From a virus: a stretch of DNA of 36,670 nucleotides. The stretch is taken from the IMG/VR virus record IMGVR_UViG_3300045988_060017, positions 1-36,670 of that record. One strand, written 5' to 3'. The notes under the pieces were generated by a model. That model did no database searches and had not been told where the DNA came from. It saw only the letters and a list, made by a program, of their open reading frames with translations. Position 1 is the first letter of the stretch. Every line of letters starts with the position of its first letter. Of this stretch, positions 22,911 through 32,623 are shown piece after piece. The position numbers and the translations under genes were made by a program.

Positions 22911-24893
22911 ATGATTAAAAAGTATGAGATAATCACAGTGGGAGGCAACAAGCGCGTAAAGGCGCTTCGGTCTTTTAGCGTACAAGGTCGTTACGTTAAC
23001 GTGGGCGATGTAGGCGGTATAGTCTATGACGAGAACACATTGTCACAGGAGGGCAACGCGTGGATATTTAGCGGTAATCTGAACTATCCGTCTATCCGTG
23101 TGGGAGGCGATAGCATTGTAGACACGAACGGATACGAAGGTGCAGTAACCGAACCTAGACCGTTCGTTAACATTACAGGTACTTCGGCCCTTATCGGCGC
23201 ACACGAGTTCGTTACGAGAAAGGTATCAGCCGCAAAGGTGCTTGCAGTAGGTGACGTAGAGCAGGGGGGTATAGGTGCCGCTATTGGTTATACTTATGAC
23301 GAGGCCAAAACGATAAGCTCGAATAGCATACGGACAAAGTCCCTTATCTATATGGGCGGCGCTTCTGTCACAGTTACGTTAGCGAGCGAAGGATACGAGA
23401 TGCGATTAGTACGGTACAATGCAGAAAAGAAATCGGTGGGCGGGTCTGCCTATGGAAATAGCGTCAGCACGGAGGGGGCATATTACGTTGGGGTTCAAAT
23501 TAGGAAAACCCCGGTAGCCGCAGTAGTTCCGGCAGATATCGTAGCCGCAAAGGTTACCATACCGTCAACAGCCATTGAAAGTACACTTAACATCAACGAC
23601 AGCCGGATAGTGTTTAACTACACTAGCGCAATGACTGTTACAACTAAGGTTAATGCGGGGAACACTCAATATGTAGATGTATATAAATCCGTAATTGACG
23701 GAAGTAACCTATCTATCAGTAAGACGGGTAACGGAGCATTTGCAGCTAACATACTTGCAGATGTGATTAAGTGTAACGTAGAATGGCGGTTGGTTTCTGC
23801 TAATAGCCTGCTTATTGGTAATTTTTACAACATTGGAAGGCTAGTAAATGACGGTTCATACTCATTTGCCGTGTCGTGTGTGACGAAAAATAAGATTATC
23901 GCTAGGGATTGCTACGCATTCACCCAATCGGAACAGGTCATACCTAAGGACGCACTTAGCGCCCTATCTGTTAGTTTTCCGTTTAAATTCATCCGTTGTA
24001 ACGTTGAAAATGGTATATTCTACCACAACCCGGTTAACCGCAATGTGTACACGGATATCGACTTTTCGAAAGCTAGCGCCGATTTGGGTAAAGCTCTCAT
24101 ATTCGGTACTCTATGCAGTTCGGAGGTTGAAGGAATGTACCGCGTGTATCACGTAGCTAGCGAAAAATTCGGCGCACTAGTGGAAAGCTACGACAGTATT
24201 AAAGATGCCGACTTTTCAAATTTGGCGACTATGGTCGATACCACGATTTACAAGGATGCAAAACTAACCGGGCTATTTAACATCTCGGGTACAAACGTAT
24301 TCGGCGGAACCGGAAACCACGGAGGCGGTAAAGGCTGCGAGATAACCAACACGAAAGAAACGGAAATGGTTATATCGGGCAATGTCCGTGTAGAGGGTAA
24401 CGCCAAGGTTAAAAATACTAGAATCACCGGAACGGGCTACTTTGGCGGGAACTCCGTTACGGAGAATGCCTACATATTCGGCTCCGCATACGTGACGGAT
24501 AACGGCGTTTTCTCCCCCGCCCAGGAAGAAGGAAAGTTCGATTCTGATATACACATAGAGGACAACGCTAAATTTTTGGCTACGTCTCGGGCGGGGAGTA
24601 CCGTTGTATATATGTGCGGAGACTCCGAGTTTTCCGGCACCATTGCATTTAATACCATTTCCTTGGCAATGTACGGAAAGTCTAGAATAGCTGGGAAGGT
24701 ATCCGGAAGAGGCGTATTAATACTAGAGGATAATGCGGATACGTCCAACAAGAATGTAGAGGTATACGGCTGTATTCGCCTTGTCGGAAATTACCGTCAA
24801 ACCAAAGAAAAGATATGGACGGGTAGGCGGACAATCAGCAGCGAGAACGAACCTACATACGATAACAACGTAAAAACTAAGTATGACTTTTAA
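22911..24893 (+). CDS. Beta-helix tail fibre/spike-like protein (660 aa)
   Basis: The C-terminal ~200 aa carry imperfect short repeats typical of parallel beta-helices (GNVRVEGNAKVKNTRITGTGYFGGNSVTENAYIFGSAYVTDNGVF...IHIEDNAKF...GDSEFSGT...GKSRIAGKVSGRGVLILEDNAD). The N-terminus is similar (VGDVGGIVYDENTLSQEGNAWIFSGNLNYPSIRVGGDSIVD). Confidence 0.5.
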   Translation: MIKKYEIITVGGNKRVKALRSFSVQGRYVNVGDVGGIVYDENTLSQEGNAWIFSGNLNYPSIRVGGDSIVDTNGYEGAVTEPRPFVNITGTSALIGAHEFVTRKVSAAKVLAVGDVEQGGIGAAIGYTYDEAKTISSNSIRTKSLIYMGGASVTVTLASEGYEMRLVRYNAEKKSVGGSAYGNSVSTEGAYYVGVQIRKTPVAAVVPADIVAAKVTIPSTAIESTLNINDSRIVFNYTSAMTVTTKVNAGNTQYVDVYKSVIDGSNLSISKTGNGAFAANILADVIKCNVEWRLVSANSLLIGNFYNIGRLVNDGSYSFAVSCVTKNKIIARDCYAFTQSEQVIPKDALSALSVSFPFKFIRCNVENGIFYHNPVNRNVYTDIDFSKASADLGKALIFGTLCSSEVEGMYRVYHVASEKFGALVESYDSIKDADFSNLATMVDTTIYKDAKLTGLFNISGTNVFGGTGNHGGGKGCEITNTKETEMVISGNVRVEGNAKVKNTRITGTGYFGGNSVTENAYIFGSAYVTDNGVFSPAQEEGKFDSDIHIEDNAKFLATSRAGSTVVYMCGDSEFSGTIAFNTISLAMYGKSRIAGKVSGRGVLILEDNADTSNKNVEVYGCIRLVGNYRQTKEKIWTGRRTISSENEPTYDNNVKTKYDF

Positions 24894-25281
24894 AGGAATA
24901 TTAGACGACGTATCAACATGGGCGGGCCGACACGGCCTACCCGTGTTTTTCGGAGACGAGTACACGCGTAACGTTCTAGCGAACCAAATTACGGGTGACT
25001 TCGTTTTCGTCGATGTGCCCGGAGGGATTCAGACATATTCCGATTTGGCACCTGAGCCGTTCGGGGTATCGGTACTTATCCAGGTGCTGGGAACGTCTTT
25101 CTACCTACGCAACGATGCAGAGGAAATAGAAGTCCTAGACAGGACTTTCGCCGTTATTACAGACATTGCCAAGCAAGCAGGGTGTAATTACATTAGCGGG
25201 GCTGCAAATGTCGTCAAACGGCAGAATATTTACGATAGTCCTAAATCGGGGTGGGAAATAACTATTAATATATCCGAGTAA
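24883..25281 (+). CDS. Hypothetical virion protein (132 aa)
   Basis: ORF in the late array, overlapping upstream by 11 nt. Confidence 0.55.
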   Translation: MTFKGILDDVSTWAGRHGLPVFFGDEYTRNVLANQITGDFVFVDVPGGIQTYSDLAPEPFGVSVLIQVLGTSFYLRNDAEEIEVLDRTFAVITDIAKQAGCNYISGAANVVKRQNIYDSPKSGWEITINISE

Positions 25282-25727
25282 TGGCAAAGAATCCGATAAC
25301 ACAGATTGAAGTGCTGCTAACCAAGCTACGCGACGATATCGAACAGTCGTACATTCAGAAGGGGCTAATAGCTTCCGGTAACTTCGGGCGCGAACTGAAA
25401 CTGACTGTTAGCGGCAACAACGCGAAGATAACCGCACCGCGCTATGTCGGGGCAATGGAGGGAGGACGCGCAGCCGGAAGGCGCCCACCGTTATCAGTCA
25501 TTAAGCGTTGGATAGAGGACAAGAACCGTAGAGGGGCTAACATACCGATAGAAGCGGCATATCCTATCGCCAAGATGATAGGCGAGGAGGGAATAAAGGT
25601 TCCCAACGACCATAACCCGGGCGGCGTGGTGTCGGATGTACTTAACCCGGCTAGAGTATTGTCATTGCAGAATGACATTATAACGATAATACGATATGCG
25701 ATTATTGACACATTAAATATTGAATAA
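25281..25727 (+). CDS. Hypothetical virion protein, possibly neck/tail-completion (HK97 gp10-like) (148 aa)
   Basis: TAATG coupling at the start. APRYVGAMEGGRAAGRRPP...IKRWI weakly resembles gp10-type proteins. Confidence 0.35.
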   Translation: MAKNPITQIEVLLTKLRDDIEQSYIQKGLIASGNFGRELKLTVSGNNAKITAPRYVGAMEGGRAAGRRPPLSVIKRWIEDKNRRGANIPIEAAYPIAKMIGEEGIKVPNDHNPGGVVSDVLNPARVLSLQNDIITIIRYAIIDTLNIE

Positions 25728-28300
25728 TGAATGTATATTTACCTATAATCAACAAGACGCTAGTAAGTAGCGAGTTGATTGACGAATCCAACTTCTATTT
25801 GCAACCTATCCCGGTATGGCCTACAAGGTCGTACACGATTACCATTACGCCGGAAAACTCCGCAAAGGACGTAGAGATATCTATTTCCCAATCCGGGGAT
25901 GACAAGTTCCTAAAGAATATCCCGTATTCACCTAAGATTGAGTTTGATTTGTCAATAGTGGGCACCATAATAAACCCGTTAACGCGTGACCAATCATTGG
26001 CAGATGGCGGAGGTAGCGATTTAGGGCTATTAACTATAAAGCACAATAGCAAATCTTGTATGCTTATTTTGTTTAACGCGGATGTTTCCGTGCATATGAT
26101 GCCCGCGCTAGGCGGAACCAATTTCAAGTTTCCGGTAAAGCCGAGAATCCCCGGACAGCCATACGACATTATTATGCCGTCTTTGTCGTGGGAAGATAAC
26201 GGGATTACTAATTACGACATCACGTGTGAACCTGTGGACGATTACCACGGCCCGCACGTGTTCCCCACCAAGTATTACCTAGGCGAGACAATAGATATCA
26301 GGTTCATAAAGAAACTAACCGTTAAGAGTCCGAATACTGGCGACACGGTAGCCGTAGCCGAGTATGAAAATAAGTTGCCGCAAGCCGTGGCAAATGACGA
26401 CCAAATGTTATGCGCCGCGCGCCTACGGTGGAATATGCGTAATGGGCAATGGATGTGGTACGCATTTAAGGACTACTTTTGGAACGAGGGATTCACTTAT
26501 ATGCGTGGTTTGGGCGGCGCGTCCGAGCAGGGCATTCTGACTATCAACGTAGCATATGCAAAGGAGTTTTATCCGGCATTCCAAGAGTTGTTAGTTTCCT
26601 CCAATATCGAATTGACACTGCCGAAACAGTTCCCCACAGTAGCCGAGGAGCAACGGTACAAAATGGAGATTACAAGTGACACGGGCGCACGGTGGAGCGG
26701 TTCGGAGCGTGTGTACCGCCAACAGATTACATTGCGTACTACCGGCTTTATGGACAATTATATACCGCCCGTTGAACCGGACGCACCCGCAACTATCCCC
26801 GTAGCATTTACCGCTACTCTGTATGAGCATACGTATCCGTACTTTGCCGATATAAATGATATTACGAACGTTACTAGTAATGTCAAGTGGGACTTAGTGC
26901 CGCAGGTTGATTGGCTGTTCCCGGTATCGCCCGCAGACGGAAAAGGGACTATCGGATTCACGCCTGTATCAACTAGACGCACGGCGAATCCTAACACGAC
27001 AGCCCGAACGGGATACATTCATTTCATTAAGGCGGGAACCACCGAGCAGATAGGAGGTATAAAGGTAAATCAGAACGGGGCGCCCGCAGTAAATACCACA
27101 CTAAAGTTTTTGCCGATGTCATCCAGGGGCGAATCGAAGTCGTTTACGGTGCGTTGCGTAACACAAGGAAGGGGGACGTTGCAAGTTAGAAATATGGCAG
27201 GTGCTAGTGGTGCATGGGTTAACCTAGACGCTAGCCAATTGGAGCAGGACGGAGGAGATGTGTATGTGAACCCGGCGAATAATTTGCCGGAAACCGGAGG
27301 CGTTCCGCGCTCGTGCATTATCCGCACTACACACGACATAACCGGACAAAAGGCAGATGTAAATGTTACGCAGTCAGTGGCTTGTCCGGTAGACCGTTTC
27401 CCGAACGATTTCAAATGGGGGGGCAAAGGTATGTATGCATATGACGGAAATGCGCATAATGATAATGAATTTACATTTACTTCCGGAATACCTTACACCG
27501 ATATGGTTGGGGAATGTAATCGTAGCTACGTAACTAATATTAGAATAGTACGTGTAGCACCTAACATTAAGCTAAAGTTTAATTTGGCGCAAAACGCGGG
27601 TCCCGGGGCGGACACTGATAGATTTGCGCGTATCAACGTCAAGCACGTACCCACAGGAAAAATATTGGGAACCGTAGTGATATTCCAACGCGCGTACAAC
27701 AACGCGCCTACTAACTATGTGTACGCTAGTTGGGACACATTAGAGGCAGGAGAAGGAAATATGCATTACTTTGATTTGATAACAGCCGCATCTACGGTTC
27801 CTAGCCTTGTACCGCCTTCACAGGCTAGAACATATAATATTGACAGCCTCAATGTAAATGGGGTGCAACTTAATAAGTTCCGCGTTATGCTAGATTGGAA
27901 TCCCGGACGGACCCGAACTATCAATTTATCTGCGAACGTTACAGGGGCTTCGGGGAACATTCCGATTATACAGTATTCCAACGTTGACGCTATGGCAATA
28001 TCATCTAATCAGATTTGGCACAGGTTAGACCCGGTATGGGTGCTGAGTGCCCCGAACGAAAGAACCGCAGAAATAGCGGTGCAGGCGCAAAAGCTAAACC
28101 AACGTGATGAGATATCGTTCTTCCGGTTAGATAGTTGGGTAACGCTAGATTCAACCGCCATAGACCCTAATAACGATTATATTAGAAAGTTCAATTTGCG
28201 GATAACGGCCAATACGACAGGCGCGGCACGGGGTACGGAGATACGGTTCCAAAGACCAGGGATATCTGATATAATTATACGAATCGAACAGGCAGGATAA
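25727..28300 (+). CDS. Large tail/adhesin-like protein with about four C-terminal BACON/Ig-like modules (857 aa)
   Basis: The C-terminal half contains repeated modules ending in N....R..I.......V.Q. Examples are KWDLVPQVDWLFPVSP..G.GTIGF...NPNTTARTGYIHFI...IKVNQ, ...VPRSCIIRTT...ADVNVTQ, ...DTDRFARINVKH...VVIFQ and ...NTTGAARGTEIRFQ...IIRIEQ. Confidence 0.5.
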   Translation: MNVYLPIINKTLVSSELIDESNFYLQPIPVWPTRSYTITITPENSAKDVEISISQSGDDKFLKNIPYSPKIEFDLSIVGTIINPLTRDQSLADGGGSDLGLLTIKHNSKSCMLILFNADVSVHMMPALGGTNFKFPVKPRIPGQPYDIIMPSLSWEDNGITNYDITCEPVDDYHGPHVFPTKYYLGETIDIRFIKKLTVKSPNTGDTVAVAEYENKLPQAVANDDQMLCAARLRWNMRNGQWMWYAFKDYFWNEGFTYMRGLGGASEQGILTINVAYAKEFYPAFQELLVSSNIELTLPKQFPTVAEEQRYKMEITSDTGARWSGSERVYRQQITLRTTGFMDNYIPPVEPDAPATIPVAFTATLYEHTYPYFADINDITNVTSNVKWDLVPQVDWLFPVSPADGKGTIGFTPVSTRRTANPNTTARTGYIHFIKAGTTEQIGGIKVNQNGAPAVNTTLKFLPMSSRGESKSFTVRCVTQGRGTLQVRNMAGASGAWVNLDASQLEQDGGDVYVNPANNLPETGGVPRSCIIRTTHDITGQKADVNVTQSVACPVDRFPNDFKWGGKGMYAYDGNAHNDNEFTFTSGIPYTDMVGECNRSYVTNIRIVRVAPNIKLKFNLAQNAGPGADTDRFARINVKHVPTGKILGTVVIFQRAYNNAPTNYVYASWDTLEAGEGNMHYFDLITAASTVPSLVPPSQARTYNIDSLNVNGVQLNKFRVMLDWNPGRTRTINLSANVTGASGNIPIIQYSNVDAMAISSNQIWHRLDPVWVLSAPNERTAEIAVQAQKLNQRDEISFFRLDSWVTLDSTAIDPNNDYIRKFNLRITANTTGAARGTEIRFQRPGISDIIIRIEQAG

Positions 28301-28301
28301 A

Positions 28302-30038
28302 ATGGAGACAGTAAAATTAAAGATTAACGGAAATTACGTGGAGGGCCTTTCGGGGTCCTCTGTAAAACTCACAGTCAACAATATATCACCCGTCACAATG
28401 ACAGGTGACAGTGTGGCATTTTCGGCTACTATCAAAGTGCCGAGGACACTCAACAATGACAGGACGTTCATTAACTTGCAAAAGGGTATGCACGAGTGCA
28501 TTTTTTACGATTGTCAGTTACTCGTGTACGGGCTTCCATTCCAATACATGGGCTATGATGTGGAGTTCTACGCTAAAGTATCATACAATGGCGGGAATTA
28601 CTCTATATCGCTAGTCGAAAATACGCAGAAGTGGAGCGACGAAGAAATACGGATACAACATAAGCTAGAGCAGGTAGAGCAGATGTTCGCCGGGTGGCTG
28701 AATGCGTCGCGGGTCGTCAATCTAGAAAAGATTATCAATGACCATATTACATGGAAAGAGGGCGAATTTCCGGTTCTCACCCCGAAAAACAACGAGGGGG
28801 CAGAAATACCCGAACCGATAGATGCGGCGCTGCTAAAGCCTACTATTATGATATTCCGTTCATCTATCGTATGGGATAATGATGTAGCATCCGGTAATAT
28901 GACTCTAGTACCTAAGGAATACACGAAGGGCCGGGGCGGATATATCTATCCGGATATTGCGCAGGTAGTAATATCCGATACCACGAAAGCCCTGTATGCC
29001 ACTCTTTTCGGGCTAGCCCCGGGCGGGCAAAATCCCGGGTTCAATATCCGGTCGGGCGTAGGGCGCGATATCCGTATGATAGTGGAGTACACAGGCACTA
29101 CCATTCCTAGCGGGTTGCCGGAACTGCACATAGTAGCGGAATCCACCAATTTAACGGAGTGCATTCTATATGCCCGTTCAAGGCTGACCGACCGCATTTG
29201 GCTGTACGTATCACCGCTTAACTCCGTGGCGTTCGTCACTCCTACGAGCGACAAGTATATGATACTGAAAGGGCTGATAGGCGGGGTCAAGCAGTCATGC
29301 TTCAAATTCCCGAACGGATACGCGCCGGAAGAACTCATTGATATGGGAGAAGGGAAAGCGGAAGTACTGACAGCGTACAGGCCCGCAGCCGGAACAATAG
29401 TAACCGGAACGGGGTTCCCGTATTCGGACGTCAAAAAAATGGTGGATGACCTGTGTACGGCGTTCCATTGGCGGAAGCAGTGGCGGAACAAGACATTAAG
29501 TATTGAGCCAATCATACACCCGTCAATACGTGATAGGAAAGACGACAGGCATAAATACATAGTTGATTGGAGCGATAGGTTTTCCGGAGTGGACACGATA
29601 GAAGTTCCGGATGAGTTTGCCGACCAACTTGTAACGCAGGTGGGCGATGTAAAGTACAGCTACTCGATAGGGCCCGGGACACTTAATCCGGTGAAGGACG
29701 CATATAAATCCGGCTTGCCATTTGCGTATAACTTTATGGCATTTCCGAAAGTCGCGCTAACATCCAAGTTCACCACAGGCGGAACCGCTACGTATGTGAC
29801 TGCACTAGAAGACATTTACAGGATGTATATAAAGAGGCACTTCAAGTTATTCGCGCCTAGAATGCAGGTTAAAATCAAGGCGCGGTTAAGCTATTCGGAC
29901 GTTATCAACCTAAAGTTGGACAGGGCGTATTACTTTTCGCAGTTGGGCGGATATTTTTACATAAAATCCCTAGGCGAATATGACGTAACTAAAGGAGATT
30001 GCAAGCTATCTTTGTACAAATTGGATTTAACGAACTAG
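28302..30038 (+). CDS. Tail tip/baseplate-like structural protein (578 aa)
   Basis: A large late ORF between the BACON-like protein and the tape-measure-like gene. The N-terminus VKLKINGNYVEGLSGSSVKLTVNN resembles distal-tail protein N-termini. Confidence 0.4.
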   Translation: METVKLKINGNYVEGLSGSSVKLTVNNISPVTMTGDSVAFSATIKVPRTLNNDRTFINLQKGMHECIFYDCQLLVYGLPFQYMGYDVEFYAKVSYNGGNYSISLVENTQKWSDEEIRIQHKLEQVEQMFAGWLNASRVVNLEKIINDHITWKEGEFPVLTPKNNEGAEIPEPIDAALLKPTIMIFRSSIVWDNDVASGNMTLVPKEYTKGRGGYIYPDIAQVVISDTTKALYATLFGLAPGGQNPGFNIRSGVGRDIRMIVEYTGTTIPSGLPELHIVAESTNLTECILYARSRLTDRIWLYVSPLNSVAFVTPTSDKYMILKGLIGGVKQSCFKFPNGYAPEELIDMGEGKAEVLTAYRPAAGTIVTGTGFPYSDVKKMVDDLCTAFHWRKQWRNKTLSIEPIIHPSIRDRKDDRHKYIVDWSDRFSGVDTIEVPDEFADQLVTQVGDVKYSYSIGPGTLNPVKDAYKSGLPFAYNFMAFPKVALTSKFTTGGTATYVTALEDIYRMYIKRHFKLFAPRMQVKIKARLSYSDVINLKLDRAYYFSQLGGYFYIKSLGEYDVTKGDCKLSLYKLDLTN

Positions 30039-30041
30039 AGT

Positions 30042-32555
30042 ATGGCAGACCAAGTAACATTATTAGACTTAAATTTTGGAACGTCAGAGGCTGAAAAAGG
30101 CCTCGACGCTCTGATAGCAAAGAGTATAGCGCTTGCAAAGACCAAAAAAGATTTACAAGCTGCGTATAACACTGAAAAATCAGCCCTTGACGCTCTTAAC
30201 CAAAATTACGCGGACGGGCTTGTATCACAAGACAAGTACGAGGCGTCAGTTCGGAAGCTGAACAAGGAAATGATAGAGACAAAAAAGGCTCTATTAGACA
30301 ATGCGAACGCGCAGAAGGAGAACAACGCCGAGATTAAGAGTACCAAGACGTTGTTAGACAGCGAGGCCACAAGCGTTAACGCGCTGCGTGCACAGTTGGC
30401 ACAGAACACCGTGGAACTTAACAAGATGTCCGAGGCGCAGCGCACTACTAGCAAGGAGGGGATAGAACTTACCGAACAAACCAAGGCGCTATCCGACAAA
30501 CTGAAAGAGCTAGAGAAGTCCGTAGGGGACAACCGTAGAAACGTGGGTAACTATGCGGAAAGCGTCAAGGAGGGAATTTTGCAAACGCAGGGTCTATCCG
30601 GTGGGACTGGCGCGCTAGTCGGCGCAATGAAAAGCGGGATAACAGGCGTACAGGCATTTAACGCGGCATTGAAGGCGAACCCGATTCTATTCATAGTTAC
30701 AACCGTGTTAACGCTTATCGGGCTGATTGAAAAGATGATTAAGCGTAACAGCGACTTATCAACTAGCCTAAAGGCGGCATTTGCACCGTTTCAAACAATT
30801 ATAGGGCGGTTGTTGGACTACATAACGGAGTTGTTCACGGCCCTTGCAAAGGCCTTTGAATGGCTAGCTGAGAAAATAACGTGGCTACTCAATAAGATAG
30901 GGCTTATATCGGACGCCACGTTGGAGGCCGCCCGGAGTGCTAGCGCTCTAGAGAAGGAAATGCAGCGCATATATAAGGCGGAAACGGATATGCTTGTGCC
31001 TATGGCACGGATGAAAAGGGAAATGGAGGAGTTAAAGACCCTAGCGGCCGACCAAAACAAGAGCACCGAGGAACGCCGGAAACTGTTAGAGCAGGCGACC
31101 GAGAAACTGCACGCTATCCGCGACATGGAGGTACAGATACTAGAGGCCAAGTACAAGCAAATTAAAGCCCAAAATGAGTTGGGATACACATCAGACGAGG
31201 ACGCACGGAAGGAGCAGGAAGCCCTAGCAGCGCTAGAGCAGGCCCGCGCCAATTACGCTACACAGGAGAAAGAAATATACGGGCAGTTGACAGGTTACGA
31301 AAAGGCGGATGCGGCGGCCAAACAGGCAAATATTAAGGCAGCACTAGAAGCTAGAAGGAAAGCCGCGGAGGACGCAGAAAAGGCAGAAGTGGACGCGGCA
31401 AGACGTGCGGCGGATGAGAGGACTAAAGCGCAACAAGCCATATTGAAGCAATACGCGGACGCTATCGAGGCTATGCAATTGCAGATTGCCGAGAACGAAT
31501 TGAAGAACGGCGCGGCAACACTGGAAGAACAACAGCGGGTTATCAACGCACAGATTGAGGCGGAAAAGTACAAGAGGCAGCAAAACCTAATTGGAGAGCA
31601 AGAATACCTCAACAACGTGAAGGCCCTGCAACTAGAGTTTGCCGCGTCAGTGAAGGCCGAGGAGGACGCACGGATGCAGGCAGACCGGGACCGTAAGGCA
31701 ATGGAGATTGAGAACCAAAGACAACTAGACGATATCAAGTTAGGCAACTCGCTAGAGGCCGACCTTATCCGGCTGAACATGAAAAGAGACGCGGAGGTAG
31801 CCGCAGCCGAGGCGATAGGAGCCGAGACGGACAGCATATATGAGCGTTACGAACTTATCAAGGAACAGAGGGAAAGAGCCGCAGCGAACGCGCGTGTAGC
31901 TTTGGCAGGTGATGTAGCCGGGCAATTGTCCACGCTGTTAGGTGAAGAATCCGAAGCCGGTAAAGCCGCCGCGATAGTGCAGGCCACTATCAACACATAT
32001 CTAGGCGCTACCAAGGCATTGGCGCAGGGCGGATTCCTTGGAATCGCACAGGCCGCTATTGTAGTCGCCGCGGGGATGAAGCAAGTAATGAGCATTACGA
32101 AAACCAAGGAGCCAGATACCAAGGTACGCACGCCGTCAGCGAAATACGCGAAGGGTGGACAGATTTACGGCCCTAGTCATTCCGCCGGGGGTGTAACGTT
32201 CGTAGGCTCCAACGGGCAGCGATTCGAGGCCGAAGGAGGCGAGAACATGTACATTCTTAACCGGAAGGCTTCCGGGGCTATTAACGCGCTGTCAGCACTT
32301 AATATGGAGTACGGCGGGCGTTCTTTCGGTTCTTCCGGTGTGTACCGTTACGCGAACGGGGGGAAAATTTCGGTAGGGTCTAACGGCACGGTTAGAATGC
32401 CCTCAAATTTCGCCTTATCTGATGACAGCCTGTACAAGTTAGCCGCGATTATGTACGATTCGGTAGCACGCGTTCCAGCGCCGCAGGTCGCAGTGACGGA
32501 CATAAATGAGGAAACCGAGCGCGCGCAGAGCGTACAGGTGGCGGCAGGCATATAA
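30042..32555 (+). CDS. Tape-measure-like protein (837 aa)
   Basis: Long Ala/Glu/Lys-rich coiled-coil regions, two hydrophobic segments (ILFIVTTVLTLIGLI; GFLGIAQAAIVVAAGM) and a Gly-rich C-terminal domain (KGGQIYGPSHSAGGVTF). Confidence 0.6.
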   Translation: MADQVTLLDLNFGTSEAEKGLDALIAKSIALAKTKKDLQAAYNTEKSALDALNQNYADGLVSQDKYEASVRKLNKEMIETKKALLDNANAQKENNAEIKSTKTLLDSEATSVNALRAQLAQNTVELNKMSEAQRTTSKEGIELTEQTKALSDKLKELEKSVGDNRRNVGNYAESVKEGILQTQGLSGGTGALVGAMKSGITGVQAFNAALKANPILFIVTTVLTLIGLIEKMIKRNSDLSTSLKAAFAPFQTIIGRLLDYITELFTALAKAFEWLAEKITWLLNKIGLISDATLEAARSASALEKEMQRIYKAETDMLVPMARMKREMEELKTLAADQNKSTEERRKLLEQATEKLHAIRDMEVQILEAKYKQIKAQNELGYTSDEDARKEQEALAALEQARANYATQEKEIYGQLTGYEKADAAAKQANIKAALEARRKAAEDAEKAEVDAARRAADERTKAQQAILKQYADAIEAMQLQIAENELKNGAATLEEQQRVINAQIEAEKYKRQQNLIGEQEYLNNVKALQLEFAASVKAEEDARMQADRDRKAMEIENQRQLDDIKLGNSLEADLIRLNMKRDAEVAAAEAIGAETDSIYERYELIKEQRERAAANARVALAGDVAGQLSTLLGEESEAGKAAAIVQATINTYLGATKALAQGGFLGIAQAAIVVAAGMKQVMSITKTKEPDTKVRTPSAKYAKGGQIYGPSHSAGGVTFVGSNGQRFEAEGGENMYILNRKASGAINALSALNMEYGGRSFGSSGVYRYANGGKISVGSNGTVRMPSNFALSDDSLYKLAAIMYDSVARVPAPQVAVTDINEETERAQSVQVAAGI

Positions 32556-32594
32556 TTGATAGGTAAATAACCCCTTAAATGTAGTTTAATATCA

Positions 32595-32602
32595 TAACTT
32601 TG
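32595..32602 (+). promoter_or_regulatory. Candidate internal late promoter, -7 box TAACTTTG
   Basis: It lies in a 68-nt intergenic gap, 22 nt upstream of the protease/scaffold ATG. There is no clear -33 TTTG. Confidence 0.35.
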
Positions 32603-32623
32603 TAACGCAATTAACATAACTAC

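Noticed and set aside
28946-29596. 216-aa minus-strand ORF, and similarly 31295..31837 (180 aa), 30818..31252, 21432..21878, 15948..16433 and the other minus-strand ORFs
   Set aside because: All lie fully antisense to long plus-strand genes with recognisable motifs or a coherent operon context. Their Ser/Ala/Cys-rich composition is typical of shadow ORFs, and no independent signal supports them.
28302-30041. Programmed -1 frameshift tail-chaperone pair upstream of the tape-measure-like gene
   Set aside because: The gene directly upstream is a single 578-aa ORF. No pair of small overlapping ORFs or slippery heptamer context was seen, so the canonical G/GT-like arrangement is absent.
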